The translations under genes were made by a program, and so were the position numbers. A stretch of 25,523 bases of DNA from an uncultured bacterium (GTDB lineage Bacteria; Lernaellota; Lernaellaia; Lernaellales; Lernaellaceae). The notes under the pieces were generated by a model. That model was not told the DNA's origin, did no database searches, and worked only from the letters and a program-made list of their open reading frames with translations. Each line of letters starts with the position of its first letter. The stretch's first letter is position 1. Of the stretch, positions 15,768 to 25,523 are shown piece after piece. The stretch is from positions 1 through 25,523 of the forward strand of contig CAZHPN010000078.1 in assembly GCA_964534375.1 (NCBI GenBank), written 5' to 3'.

Positions 15768-17429
15768 TCAGCTTGCCGCCGGCGCCGCCCCACGCACGAG
15801 ATCCGTCGCGCCCGCGGGCGACTCCGCCCTGGCCGGCGCGGGCCGGAAGCGCGTCACGATCGTCCCCGGCTGCCGCAGGTTGCCAATCAGCCGAATGCGC
15901 GCCGCCTCGATCGCCGCCAGCGCCAACGCGGCCGCGGTTTTCGCGCGCTGCACGGCGTCGGCTGGGCCGAACGTTTCGCGGAAGCGCGCCAGCAACGTTT
16001 CGGCGTACTCGCGTTCCAAACGGTTGTGCGCAAACCGGCGAATGACGTGCAGCGCCGGGTAATATTCGCGGCAGATGCGCGCGAAGTATTCGTGGCGCGC
16101 GATCAGCCGCGGCTCGGTCGCGTCGCGGGTCGAGAGAAAACCGTTCAGATTCGTCTCGATGAGCCGCGCCAGCGAACAGCCGAGTTCGTCCCAGGCCCGG
16201 CGAAACGCCGCACGGAGGTAGTCCTCGGATTCCGCCGGCGTGAAGTGCGGGTGCTTGAACCAGATGCGGCCCTGGCCGTGCCGCTCCTCATAGGGCACGT
16301 CGTCACGCATCATGCCGCGCGCTTCAAAATCTTTGGTCAACGTCGTGCCGGGCATCGGGCCGAGCTGCATGAACTGGATGAAGTCGGGCCCGGTTTCGAT
16401 CGCGAAGTCGATGTCGCGGTGGATCGTTTCTTTCGTGTGGTCTTCGGTGAAGAGGATCACCGACCCGAGCACCGTAATGCCCGCGCCGCGCAATTCGCCG
16501 ACGAGTTGGCGAAAGTCGATGCCGCGGTTCTTCTCGTAGCCGCTGGCGACGCCTTCCATGCCCAGCCAGATGAACGTCACGCCGAGGCGCTTCATGAACT
16601 CGACGCCCACGTCGCGGATCGTCTCCGCCGAACTGAAAATCGAGAACGTGTACCGCTTGCCGCCGCGTTCCATTTCGGTCACCAGATCTTCCGCGCGCCG
16701 GCGCTGCTTGAGGAAATTTTCGTCCATCACGAAAAAGTCCTGGCAGCCCCGCTCGCGTTCGACGCGCTCGCAAAACTCGTAGATCTCGCGGCCCGTCTTG
16801 AAAAAGGCCGTATATTCGCGGTCGAAAAAGTGACTGGTGCAGCAGAATTTGCAGCCGTTGACGCAGCCGACGCCCGGCATCAGCACGACGCCGTCGCCGG
16901 AAAGCGGGATGCCGATCAGATGTTTGTTGAACGCCGCCGGCACGATCGGATGCGCGACCGGGCGCGTCGGGTCGTCGCCGAGCAGCAAGCGCATAAAGCG
17001 CACGCCCTCGCCGCGGCAGACGTGATCGCAATCGATGCGCGTGGCGACGTCGGGGATCGTCGTGCCATGGCCGCCGAGCACGATTTTCGCCTGCGGCGCG
17101 TGCTCACGGATCAGCGCCGCCATGCGTTGCGCTTTGAGGAAATTGGGCACGATGAAGGAGATGCCGATGTAGTCGTAGCGATTTTGCGTAATTTCGCGCA
17201 CGAACCTTTTCTGCGACGGGAAGTCGAGCACGGTCGTGTCCGCGCGCAGGTTCTCGGCGATCAGTTGCAGGCCGAACGTTTGGTGGTGAAACCGCAGCGA
17301 GAAGAGCCCCTGCTCGCGCGTCACCTGGTTGTGAAACAGTTCGACGACATTTTCTTTGCGGCCGTATTCGTCGTCCACGCCGAACGGGCCGAATACCGAG
17401 GTGAGTAAAATCTTAGGCGTCGCACGCAC
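15768..17429 (-). CDS. Cobalamin-dependent radical SAM protein
   Basis: N-terminal B12-binding-like region (YDYIGISF...KIVLGGHG), CxxxCxxC motif GCVNGCKFCC, FFVMDENF, WLGMEG. GTG start at 17429 with an AGGAG SD. Confidence 0.88.
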   Translation of the reverse strand: MRATPKILLTSVFGPFGVDDEYGRKENVVELFHNQVTREQGLFSLRFHHQTFGLQLIAENLRADTTVLDFPSQKRFVREITQNRYDYIGISFIVPNFLKAQRMAALIREHAPQAKIVLGGHGTTIPDVATRIDCDHVCRGEGVRFMRLLLGDDPTRPVAHPIVPAAFNKHLIGIPLSGDGVVLMPGVGCVNGCKFCCTSHFFDREYTAFFKTGREIYEFCERVERERGCQDFFVMDENFLKQRRRAEDLVTEMERGGKRYTFSIFSSAETIRDVGVEFMKRLGVTFIWLGMEGVASGYEKNRGIDFRQLVGELRGAGITVLGSVILFTEDHTKETIHRDIDFAIETGPDFIQFMQLGPMPGTTLTKDFEARGMMRDDVPYEERHGQGRIWFKHPHFTPAESEDYLRAAFRRAWDELGCSLARLIETNLNGFLSTRDATEPRLIARHEYFARICREYYPALHVIRRFAHNRLEREYAETLLARFRETFGPADAVQRAKTAAALALAAIEAARIRLIGNLRQPGTIVTRFRPAPARAESPAGATDLVRGAAPAAS

Positions 17430-17558
17430 GGGAAATTCTCCTTTTTCGTCGTTTCGCAATGTTCCCGGCGGCATCTTCCCAAATTCGGCGGCGGCCGATT
17501 GTCAAAGATCTGTAAAAGCGCGGGGCGAGGATTTCGATACTTCCGTAAAAGGCGTTAC

Positions 17559-17685
17559 ACGGCGGAGCGCGCGGAGAAAAAAAACCTGGCGACAGCATTC
17601 GCGACGAGCCGCGGACGGCGCGCAAGTCGGATTCCACAGACTTTGTCGGCCACGCGTTCGCCGCGTCTCCGCGCGAACGCGCCGT
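17559..17685. repeat. Intergenic imperfect inverted repeat related to the 1127-1197 element
   Basis: ACGGCGGAGCGCGCGGAGA (17559-17577) pairs with TCTCCGCGCGAACGCGCCGT (17666-17685); same CGCGGAG/CTCCGCG core. Confidence 0.5.
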
Positions 17686-17695
17686 TCTTCCACCC

Positions 17696-19102
17696 TCACG
17701 CTCTCGGCGTGATCCATTTCGCCCGGTGGACTTTCGCCTCGTCGAGCGTCTTGCCAAGAACCTCGATCTGCTTGCGCACGGCTTCCGGCGCGGTTCCGCC
17801 GGCGACGTTGCGGCGCGCGATCGACGCGGCGTAGTCGATCGCGAAATCGCGGCCGGCCAGTTCCGGAAAGCGCTGGGCCAGGTCGGCCGGCGCGAGGTCG
17901 AGCAAACTGCGGGAGGCCGCCTCCAGTTCGCCGATCAGCCGCGCCACGCGTTCGTGTGCGAGGCGGAACGGCGCGCCGGCGCGGACCAACTCGTCGGCAA
18001 GATCCGTGGCCAGCATTTCGCCGCGCAGCGCCGCCGCGAGGCGGTCGAGCGCGAATTCGGCGTCGCCGAGCGCCGCGCGAAACACCCGCGCGGCCAACAG
18101 GGCCGTGTCCAGCGCATCAAACAGCGCGGTTTTGTCCTCTTGCAGGTCTTTGACGTACGACGGCGGCGCTCCCTTGAGCAGCGCCAGCAGCGCCGTCAGG
18201 TCGCCGATAACCCGCGCCGCCTTGCCGCGCACCAGTTCCATCGCATCCGGATTGCGCTTCTGCGGCATCATCGACGAGCCCGTCGACCATTGGTCGCCGA
18301 AACGCACGCCGCCGAACGCCGGATTCGCCCAGATGACGAACTGCTCGGCGTAGCGCGACAGCCGCGTGCAGAGCAGCGCGCAGCCCGCGGCGATTTCCGC
18401 CGCGAAATCGCGATCGCCGATCGCGTCGAGCGCGTTTTCGCAAATCCCGTCGAAACCGAGCGCGGCGGCCAGCCGCGCGCGGTCGACCGGGAAGCCCGAG
18501 CCCGCCAGCGCGCCGGAACCGAGCGGGCAACGGTTGGCGCGCGCCCGCGCCTGCGTCAGCCGTTCGAGATCGCGCGCCAGGCCGAACGCCAACGACAGCA
18601 GGAAAAATCCCAGCGTGATCGGCTGCGCCGGCTGCAAGTGCGTTTCGCCGGCGATCGGCGCCGTCGCGTGCCGCGCAGCCAATTCCACGAGCGCGCGGGC
18701 CAGGGCGTCGATTTCGTCGAGCAACTCGGCGAGCGCGGCGGCCGCGTACAGCCGCACGTCGCAGACGACCTGGTCGTTGCGGCTGCGGCCGGCGTGGATC
18801 TTCGCGCCGGTTTCGCCGAGCTTTTCGGTGAGCAGCCGCTCGACCAGCGTGTGGACGTCTTCATCCGGCGGCAGCGGCGCGAAGGCGCCGGCCGCCGCCT
18901 GCGCGACAATCTGGTCGAGCGCGCCTTCGATGGCGGCCTGCTCGGCGGCGGTCAGCAGGCCGAGACGGCGCAGTTCGCCGGCCCACGCCTTGTTCGTCTG
19001 CGCGTCAAAGGGCAGCAAACGAAAATCGGTCGGCAGCGAACGATTGATCGCGTCCATCAGGCCCCGTTGATCGGCGGCGATGCGGCCGCGATACAGCGTC
19101 AT
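17696..19102 (-). CDS. argH: Argininosuccinate lyase
   Basis: EDVH, HAGRSRNDQV, THLQPAQP, PLGSGALAG, fumarase-family signature TGSSMMPQKRNPD, DLQEDK; starts 2 bp after the argG stop. Confidence 0.97.
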   Translation of the reverse strand: MTLYRGRIAADQRGLMDAINRSLPTDFRLLPFDAQTNKAWAGELRRLGLLTAAEQAAIEGALDQIVAQAAAGAFAPLPPDEDVHTLVERLLTEKLGETGAKIHAGRSRNDQVVCDVRLYAAAALAELLDEIDALARALVELAARHATAPIAGETHLQPAQPITLGFFLLSLAFGLARDLERLTQARARANRCPLGSGALAGSGFPVDRARLAAALGFDGICENALDAIGDRDFAAEIAAGCALLCTRLSRYAEQFVIWANPAFGGVRFGDQWSTGSSMMPQKRNPDAMELVRGKAARVIGDLTALLALLKGAPPSYVKDLQEDKTALFDALDTALLAARVFRAALGDAEFALDRLAAALRGEMLATDLADELVRAGAPFRLAHERVARLIGELEAASRSLLDLAPADLAQRFPELAGRDFAIDYAASIARRNVAGGTAPEAVRKQIEVLGKTLDEAKVHRAKWITPRA

Positions 19103-19104
19103 CG

Positions 19105-20376
<1,272 letters not shown>

Positions 20377-20389
20377 GAAATCCTCCGCG

Positions 20390-20839
20390 TTATGGGGTCG
20401 AATCCGGCGCAATCGCCGCGAGCCGGGCCAGAAGTTTTTTCTGCGCGGCGCGGCCGTCGCAGGCGATGAACAGCGTATCGTCGCCGGCCACCGTGCCGGC
20501 CGACTCCGGCCAGCGGGCGCTGTCGATGGCCAGCGCCGTCGCGCTCGCCTCGCCCACCGACGTGACCACGACGATCAGATTGTGGCCCGCCGGCCGCACG
20601 TGGCGAATCAACGCCGCCAGGCGCGGCGCCGGGTCGCCGGGCGGCGGCGCGCCGTTCGGCAACGCGTAGCGGCCGCCCGTCTTGACCAGGCCGAGCGCCG
20701 CGATGTCGCGCGAGATCGACGCCTGCGTGCAATCGGCCCCGCGGCGGCGCAGCAGCCGCACGAGCTGGCCCTGCGTCGCGATCGGCCGCTCGCGAATCAG
20801 CTCTTCGATCAACCGTCGGCGGCGCAGCGTTTCAGGCAT
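20390..20839 (-). CDS. argR: Arginine repressor
   Basis: wHTH TQGQL...[14 protein letters not shown] and C-terminal arginine-binding GTVAGDDT. Confidence 0.93.
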   Translation of the reverse strand: MPETLRRRRLIEELIRERPIATQGQLVRLLRRRGADCTQASISRDIAALGLVKTGGRYALPNGAPPPGDPAPRLAALIRHVRPAGHNLIVVVTSVGEASATALAIDSARWPESAGTVAGDDTLFIACDGRAAQKKLLARLAAIAPDSTP

Positions 20840-21914
20840 GGGCTTTTCCCGCCGGCAACCGGGCGAGGCACTGGCCCGTCAGCCGGATCAAATCCGCCAC
20901 GGCCGCCGTGAAATCCCGCAGCGCGATGCGCTCGTCCGGCGCGTGCGAAAACGTCGGGTCGCCCGGACCGAGCTTGAGCCCCGGAATGCCGCGCCGCTGC
21001 AAAAAGGCCCAATCGCTTGCGGCGTCCGACGCGAACACCGAGGCCTGCGGCAATGCCTCCTTCGCGGCGAGCGCGAGCGGATGCGCCGGCGGCGTCTCGC
21101 ACGGCGGCCACAGGTCGGAGCGCACGGCGACCGTCGACTCGACGGCCTCGCGGATCAGCGCGAGCAGTTCCTCGGTTTCGTACGCCGGCGTCGTGCGCAC
21201 ATCGACCAGCGCCGTCGCCACGGGCGCGGTCATGTTGTCGGCGACGCCCGCCTGGAGGCGCGTCGGCGTGATCTTCACGCGGCCGAGCGACGGATGCGCG
21301 CGCGGCGGCCGCAGCGTTTCGAGCGCGACGAGATCGCGCGCGAGCACGTGAATGGCGTTCGCGCCGTGGGTGCGCGCCGCGTGGCCTTGCGGGCCGCGCG
21401 CGGTCAGCTCGAGCACGAGCAGACCGCGCTGCGACGAGGCGATGTTCATGCGCGTCGGTTCGCCGACGAGCCCCGCATCGATGGGCCCGATCGCATCGAG
21501 CAGGCGCGGCAGCGAGGGGTCGTCGCCCTCCTCGCCGATCGAGAGCGCGACGACGAGCCGGCCGCGCGGCAGGCCGGCCTCGGCGAAATGGCGGGCGACG
21601 GCGAGAAACGCGGCGCACGAGGCGCGCGCGTCGACGGCGCCGCGGCCGTGGAGCCAGCCGTCGACGACGGCGCCGGCGTAGGGCGGCGTGCGCCAGCCGT
21701 CGCCCGCGGGCACCGTGTCCAGATGCGAGCAGCAAAGCAGCGTCGGGCCCGGCGCGACGCCCGGCAGGGTCACGATCACGCCGTCCGGCGACACGACGGG
21801 CGCCAGGCCGAGTTCGTCGACCAAAGCGGCGGCCTCGGCGAGGATGCCCGACTCGCAGCCGGTCACGCCTTCGACGGCCACCAGCCGGCGCAATATTTCG
21901 GCCGCTTCGATCAT
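20832..21914 (-). CDS. argE: M20 metallopeptidase, acetylornithine (or acetylcitrulline) deacetylase
   Basis: SHLDTV, GRGAVDA, GEE, GEPT, GHAA, SHAPDERI metal-binding motifs; located inside the arg operon. Confidence 0.8.
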   Translation of the reverse strand: MIEAAEILRRLVAVEGVTGCESGILAEAAALVDELGLAPVVSPDGVIVTLPGVAPGPTLLCCSHLDTVPAGDGWRTPPYAGAVVDGWLHGRGAVDARASCAAFLAVARHFAEAGLPRGRLVVALSIGEEGDDPSLPRLLDAIGPIDAGLVGEPTRMNIASSQRGLLVLELTARGPQGHAARTHGANAIHVLARDLVALETLRPPRAHPSLGRVKITPTRLQAGVADNMTAPVATALVDVRTTPAYETEELLALIREAVESTVAVRSDLWPPCETPPAHPLALAAKEALPQASVFASDAASDWAFLQRRGIPGLKLGPGDPTFSHAPDERIALRDFTAAVADLIRLTGQCLARLPAGKAHA

Positions 21915-22828
21915 CGCCCCGCTTCCTGGTAGCTCTGTTTTTCGCGTTGGCTGACGATCATCGTGCCGCAGCCTTCGCCGGTGAACGCTTCGACCAGCAG
22001 CGACGCCGGCGCCGCGCCGTTAATGATGTGCGTGCGTTTGACGCCGCCCGCCGCGGCGCGCAGGCAGGCCTCGACCTTGATCCGCATGCCGCCACCGATC
22101 GCGCCCGAGGCGAGCAGGCCGGCCAGGTCGTCGGCGTCGCCAAAGGGCACGAGGGTGCTGGGGTCGGCCGGATCGCGCAGCACGCCGCGCGCGTCGGTGA
22201 GGAAGATCAGTTTTTTGGCGCGCAGGGCGACGGCGAGCGCCTCGGCGACCGCGTCGGCGTTGACGTTCAGCGGCCGGCCCTGGGCGTCGCCGGCGAGGCA
22301 GGCGACGACGGGGACGAAGCCGGCGTCGAGCAGGCGTTCGAGCAGCGTCGGATCGACGCGCACGATGTCGCCGACGTGGCCGAAATCGACCTCGCGTTCG
22401 GCGCCGTCGTCGTCGCGCACGAGCCGCGGCGGGCGCTTGTCGGCCACGAGCAGGCCGCCGTCGAGGCCGGTCAGGCCGACCGGGCGCGAGCCGCAGCGCC
22501 GCAGCAACGACACCAGGTCGACGTTGACCTGGCCGGCGAACGCCATCTTCACGGCCTCCAGCGCGCCGTCGTCGGTGACGCGCCGGCCGCCGACCTGCAC
22601 CGGCTCGAAGCCGAGCCGCCGCGACAGCGCGCTCGCCTGCGCGCCGCCGCCGTGCGCCACGACGACGCGGATGTTCAGATCCGCCAGCAGCGCGCATTGC
22701 TCCGCGACGTTCTGCGCCGCGTGCGCGTCGGCGAGCACCGCGCCGCCGATTTTGATGACGAACACCTCCTGCCGATACAGGCGAATGTACGGCGCCGCCC
22801 CTTGCAGCGCCTCGGCGATCCCGTTCAT
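21911..22828 (-). CDS. argB: Acetylglutamate kinase
   Basis: APYIRLYRQEVFVIKIGG, VAHGGG, GRRVTD, NVNAD, LTDARG, GGMRIKV, EAFTGEGCGT; ATGA overlaps on both sides. Confidence 0.95.
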   Translation of the reverse strand: MNGIAEALQGAAPYIRLYRQEVFVIKIGGAVLADAHAAQNVAEQCALLADLNIRVVVAHGGGAQASALSRRLGFEPVQVGGRRVTDDGALEAVKMAFAGQVNVDLVSLLRRCGSRPVGLTGLDGGLLVADKRPPRLVRDDDGAEREVDFGHVGDIVRVDPTLLERLLDAGFVPVVACLAGDAQGRPLNVNADAVAEALAVALRAKKLIFLTDARGVLRDPADPSTLVPFGDADDLAGLLASGAIGGGMRIKVEACLRAAAGGVKRTHIINGAAPASLLVEAFTGEGCGTMIVSQREKQSYQEAGR

Positions 22829-23991
22829 GCCGTTCCTTCCTGCAGGACCGCCGCGAGCGCCTCGACGAACCGGTCCGCGTCTTCGATGGTGAGATTGAGC
22901 GGCGGCAGCAGGCGCAGCATGTCCGGCGCCGCGCTGTCGCCCACGATGATGCCCCGCGCCAGCAGCGCCGCGCGCACCGGCGCCGCCGGCCGATCGAGCC
23001 GGACGCCGACCAGCAGGCCCAAACCCTGCACCAGCCGCACGCCCGGTATCGCCGGCAGCCGCGCCAGCCAATGCGCGCCGACGCGCGCCGCGTTGGCGAA
23101 CATGTCTTCTTCCTGCATCGCTTCCAGATTGGCGACCGCCGCCGCGCACGCCAGCGGGCCGCCGCCAAACGTGCTGCCGAGCGCGCCCGGTTTCGCCGCG
23201 GCGGTCGTCGCCGCGTCGGCGAGCACCGCGCCGATCGGCACGCCGGCGGCCAGGCCCTTGGCCAACGTCGTCAGATGCGGCGCGACGCCCAGGCGCTGGC
23301 CGGCGGTGAACGCGCCGCAGCGGCCGGCGCCGCACTGCACCTCGTCGAAAATCAATTTCGCCCCGCGCCGGTCGCAGAGCGCGCGCAGGCCGGCGAGATA
23401 CTCGGTCGTCGCCGGCCGTCCGCCGCCGAGCCCTTGCACCGGCTCGATAATGATGGCGGCGCACGTCTCGTCGAGCAGCGCCGCGGCCGCGTCGAGATCG
23501 CCGAACGGCGCCAGCCGCGCCCCGGCGTAGAGCGGCGCGCCGCCGGCGGCGGCCAGCGCGCGAAATTTCGGGAAGCCCGCCAGCGACAGCGTCAGCATCG
23601 TCCGGCCGTGAAAGCCTTCGCTGACCGCGACGACGTTCGGCCGGCCGGTCGCCAGCCGCGCCAGCGTCAGCGCGTTTTCGTTCGCTTCCGCGCCGCTGTT
23701 GCATAAAAATACGGCGGTCATGCCCGCGGGCCCGAGCGCCAGCAGGCGGGCGCACAGTTCGCGCCGCACGGGCAGATCGACAGCGTTGGAGTAAAAAATC
23801 AGCCGCCCGGCCTGCGCGGCGATCGCTGCCGTCACACGCGGATGGCAATGGCCGGTCGAGGCGACCGCGTGGCCGCCGTAGAGGTCGAGATAATCGCGGC
23901 CGGCGTCGTCGATGACGTGCGGGCCGCGGCCGGCGACGAGCGTCAGCGGCATGCGCGTGTAGACGGGCATTTCCGGCGGTGCGCTCAACAT
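22825..23991 (-). CDS. argD: Acetylornithine aminotransferase (class III PLP)
   Basis: YLDLYGG, GHCHP, NSGAEANE, FHGRT, IEPVQG, FDEVQCGAGRCG, AKGLAAG (PLP Lys), STFGGGP; ATG 23991 overlaps the argC stop. Confidence 0.92.
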   Translation of the reverse strand: MLSAPPEMPVYTRMPLTLVAGRGPHVIDDAGRDYLDLYGGHAVASTGHCHPRVTAAIAAQAGRLIFYSNAVDLPVRRELCARLLALGPAGMTAVFLCNSGAEANENALTLARLATGRPNVVAVSEGFHGRTMLTLSLAGFPKFRALAAAGGAPLYAGARLAPFGDLDAAAALLDETCAAIIIEPVQGLGGGRPATTEYLAGLRALCDRRGAKLIFDEVQCGAGRCGAFTAGQRLGVAPHLTTLAKGLAAGVPIGAVLADAATTAAAKPGALGSTFGGGPLACAAAVANLEAMQEEDMFANAARVGAHWLARLPAIPGVRLVQGLGLLVGVRLDRPAAPVRAALLARGIIVGDSAAPDMLRLLPPLNLTIEDADRFVEALAAVLQEGTA

Positions 23992-25022
23992 GGGAAAGCT
24001 CCGGGGTGCATCAGGCCCGCGGTTTCCGGCAGGCCGAGCGCCAGGTTCATGTTCTGGATCGCCTGCCCCGCCGCGCCTTTGACGAGGTTGTCGAGCGCGA
24101 GCGTCGCCTCGATTTCGTCGCCCTGCTGCTTGACGTGCACGCAGACGAAATTCGTCGCCGCGACTTCGGCGACCTGCGGCGGGCGCGCCAGCGCGTCGAC
24201 GAACGGCTCGGCCGCGTAGGCGCCGGCGTAGAGCCGCGCGATGTCGCGCGCCGCAAAGCCCGCGTCGCGCAGGTGCGCGGTCGCGTGAATGCCGCGGACG
24301 AACGGGCCGGAATGCGCGAGCAGGCGCGCGCGCCGCGGCTGGCCGGCGACCTGCGTCAGGGTTTGATCGATCTCCGCCTCGTGCGGGTGCGCCAGCATTT
24401 TGTAGGCGTAGAAATTGCCGTCGCGAAACGGATGGTGCGTCGTCGGCTTGGGCAGCGCGCCCGAGCCGGACGAGCCGGTGACGCCGTGGACCGCGACGAG
24501 TTCCGGCAGCAGGCCGGCGCTCGCCAGCGGCAGCAGCAGCAATTGCACCGCGGTCGCGAAGCAGCCGGGGTTGGCGATCAGGCGTGCGCCGCGCACCGCG
24601 TCGCGAAACGCCTCGGGCAGGCCGTAGACGAAGTCGGCCGCGAGTTCGGGGCAGACGTGCTCGCCGTAGTGGGCGCGAAACACGGCCGGGTCGCGCAAGC
24701 GAAAATCCGCGCCGAGGTCGACGACCAAACGCGGCCCGGCGGCAAGAATCTCGCGCATCACCCGCTGGCTGTCGCCGTGCGGCAACGCGGCGAAGACGAC
24801 ATCGGCGTCGGCTGCGGCCTCGCCGGCCGGCCGCGCGACAAAGGCGATCGGCGGCAGCCGCCGCAGGCTCGGGTGCGTCTCGTGCGCCATCTTGCCGGCC
24901 TGGCTTTGCGAAACGGCGACGATGCGCGCGACGTCCGGGTGCAGCGACAGCAACCGCATGAGTTCGCCCGCGACCAAGCCGCCGGCGCCGAGCACGACGG
25001 TCTGCAAACCGGCCGCCGTCAT
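23985..25022 (-). CDS. argC: N-acetyl-gamma-glutamyl-phosphate reductase
   Basis: ALPHG, VDLGADFRL, YGLPE, catalytic ANPGCFATA, DNLVKGAAGQAIQNMN; ATG 25022 overlaps the upstream stop (ATGA). Confidence 0.95.
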   Translation of the reverse strand: MTAAGLQTVVLGAGGLVAGELMRLLSLHPDVARIVAVSQSQAGKMAHETHPSLRRLPPIAFVARPAGEAAADADVVFAALPHGDSQRVMREILAAGPRLVVDLGADFRLRDPAVFRAHYGEHVCPELAADFVYGLPEAFRDAVRGARLIANPGCFATAVQLLLLPLASAGLLPELVAVHGVTGSSGSGALPKPTTHHPFRDGNFYAYKMLAHPHEAEIDQTLTQVAGQPRRARLLAHSGPFVRGIHATAHLRDAGFAARDIARLYAGAYAAEPFVDALARPPQVAEVAATNFVCVHVKQQGDEIEATLALDNLVKGAAGQAIQNMNLALGLPETAGLMHPGAFPC

Positions 25023-25523
25023 GCCGCCGCTCCCTTCCGCCGGCAATGCTCGAACACCGCCGCCGCGAGGCCCGCCAAGTCATAGCGCGCGTTGTGCGCC
25101 GCGAGTTGCAGCGAGCCGCGAATGAAATCGACGCCGACCGAGTTGTCGGTCACCGGGCCGGTCGCGATGTCGATCGCCAGGCCGAAGCGCTCTTCGTAAA
25201 TGCGTTTGGCGCCGAGAATCGCCACCGGGTCGGGCGCCGCGACGACGTGGCAGCAGGCGCGCGACATCAACTCCGCGTCGTCGAGCAGCGCGCCGACGCC
25301 GTACTCGCCGAGGATGCCGTCGCCGAGTTCCGCGACGATCACATCGGGCTTCGCCTTGGCGAGGTGGTTCAGCAGCCCGCGCGCGATCGGCCGCACGTCG
25401 ACGTTCCAGGTGGCGACGATGCCGGCGTCGTTGAAATCGACGGCCTCGATCGCGCCGGCGTCGTGCATGCCCAGCGTGTCGCGCATCAGGCTGACGCCGG
25501 TCATCTTGCACGCGCCGACGCGC
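25019..25523 (-). CDS. Uncharacterised protein, DUF1611/DgcN-like (P-loop NTPase-fold) C-terminal half; 5' end outside the window
   Basis: Frame is open to the window edge: RVGACKMTGVSLMRD...DAGA...DFNDAG..AT...DVIVAELGDGILG...ATGPVTDN. I recognise this pattern from DUF1611-related proteins (from memory, not searched). Its stop overlaps the argC ATG. Confidence 0.6.
   Translation of the reverse strand, partial: RVGACKMTGVSLMRDTLGMHDAGAIEAVDFNDAGIVATWNVDVRPIARGLLNHLAKAKPDVIVAELGDGILGEYGVGALLDDAELMSRACCHVVAAPDPVAILGAKRIYEERFGLAIDIATGPVTDNSVGVDFIRGSLQLAAHNARYDLAGLAAAVFEHCRRKGAAA

Noticed and set aside
20377..20389. Internal ARG box or promoter before argG
   Set aside because: The gap is only 13 bp and holds the SD; no AT-rich ARG-box palindrome is seen, so the operator is probably upstream of the window.
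20832..25022. LysW-dependent (LysY/LysZ/LysJ/LysK) pathway
   Set aside because: No lysW or lysX in view, the kinase has classical ArgB features, and the genes are joined to argR, argG and argH; cannot be fully excluded beyond the window edge.

Overview
GC-rich bacterial window; a deltaproteobacteria-like lineage is an inference from the sigma54 two-component system, the RRM protein and the Asp-rich lipoprotein. Left part, minus strand: a PaaK-like AMP-ligase cut by the window edge and absent from the ORF track, a dGTPase, and a Mut7-C RNase-domain gene. Divergent from these is a sensor kinase / NtrC-family regulator pair, followed directly by two palindromic enhancer-like sites and a consensus sigma54 promoter. 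Downstream lie an uncharacterised membrane-anchored protein, two paralogous GT-C-like membrane proteins and a Thr-type sulfatase-like protein. The middle holds two predicted lipoproteins (Asp-rich linker; 7-blade beta-propeller), an RRM protein with a long structured leader, and a B12-dependent radical SAM enzyme. The right 8 kb is a tightly coupled arginine operon (orfX-argC-argD-argB-argE-argR-argG-argH) with no argA, argJ or argF in view. Most interesting: orfX, translationally coupled to argC, looks like a DUF1611/DgcN-related protein and is a candidate non-canonical N-acetylglutamate synthase. Several intergenic regions carry inverted-repeat elements built from short tandem units. All family calls are from motif recognition, not database searches.
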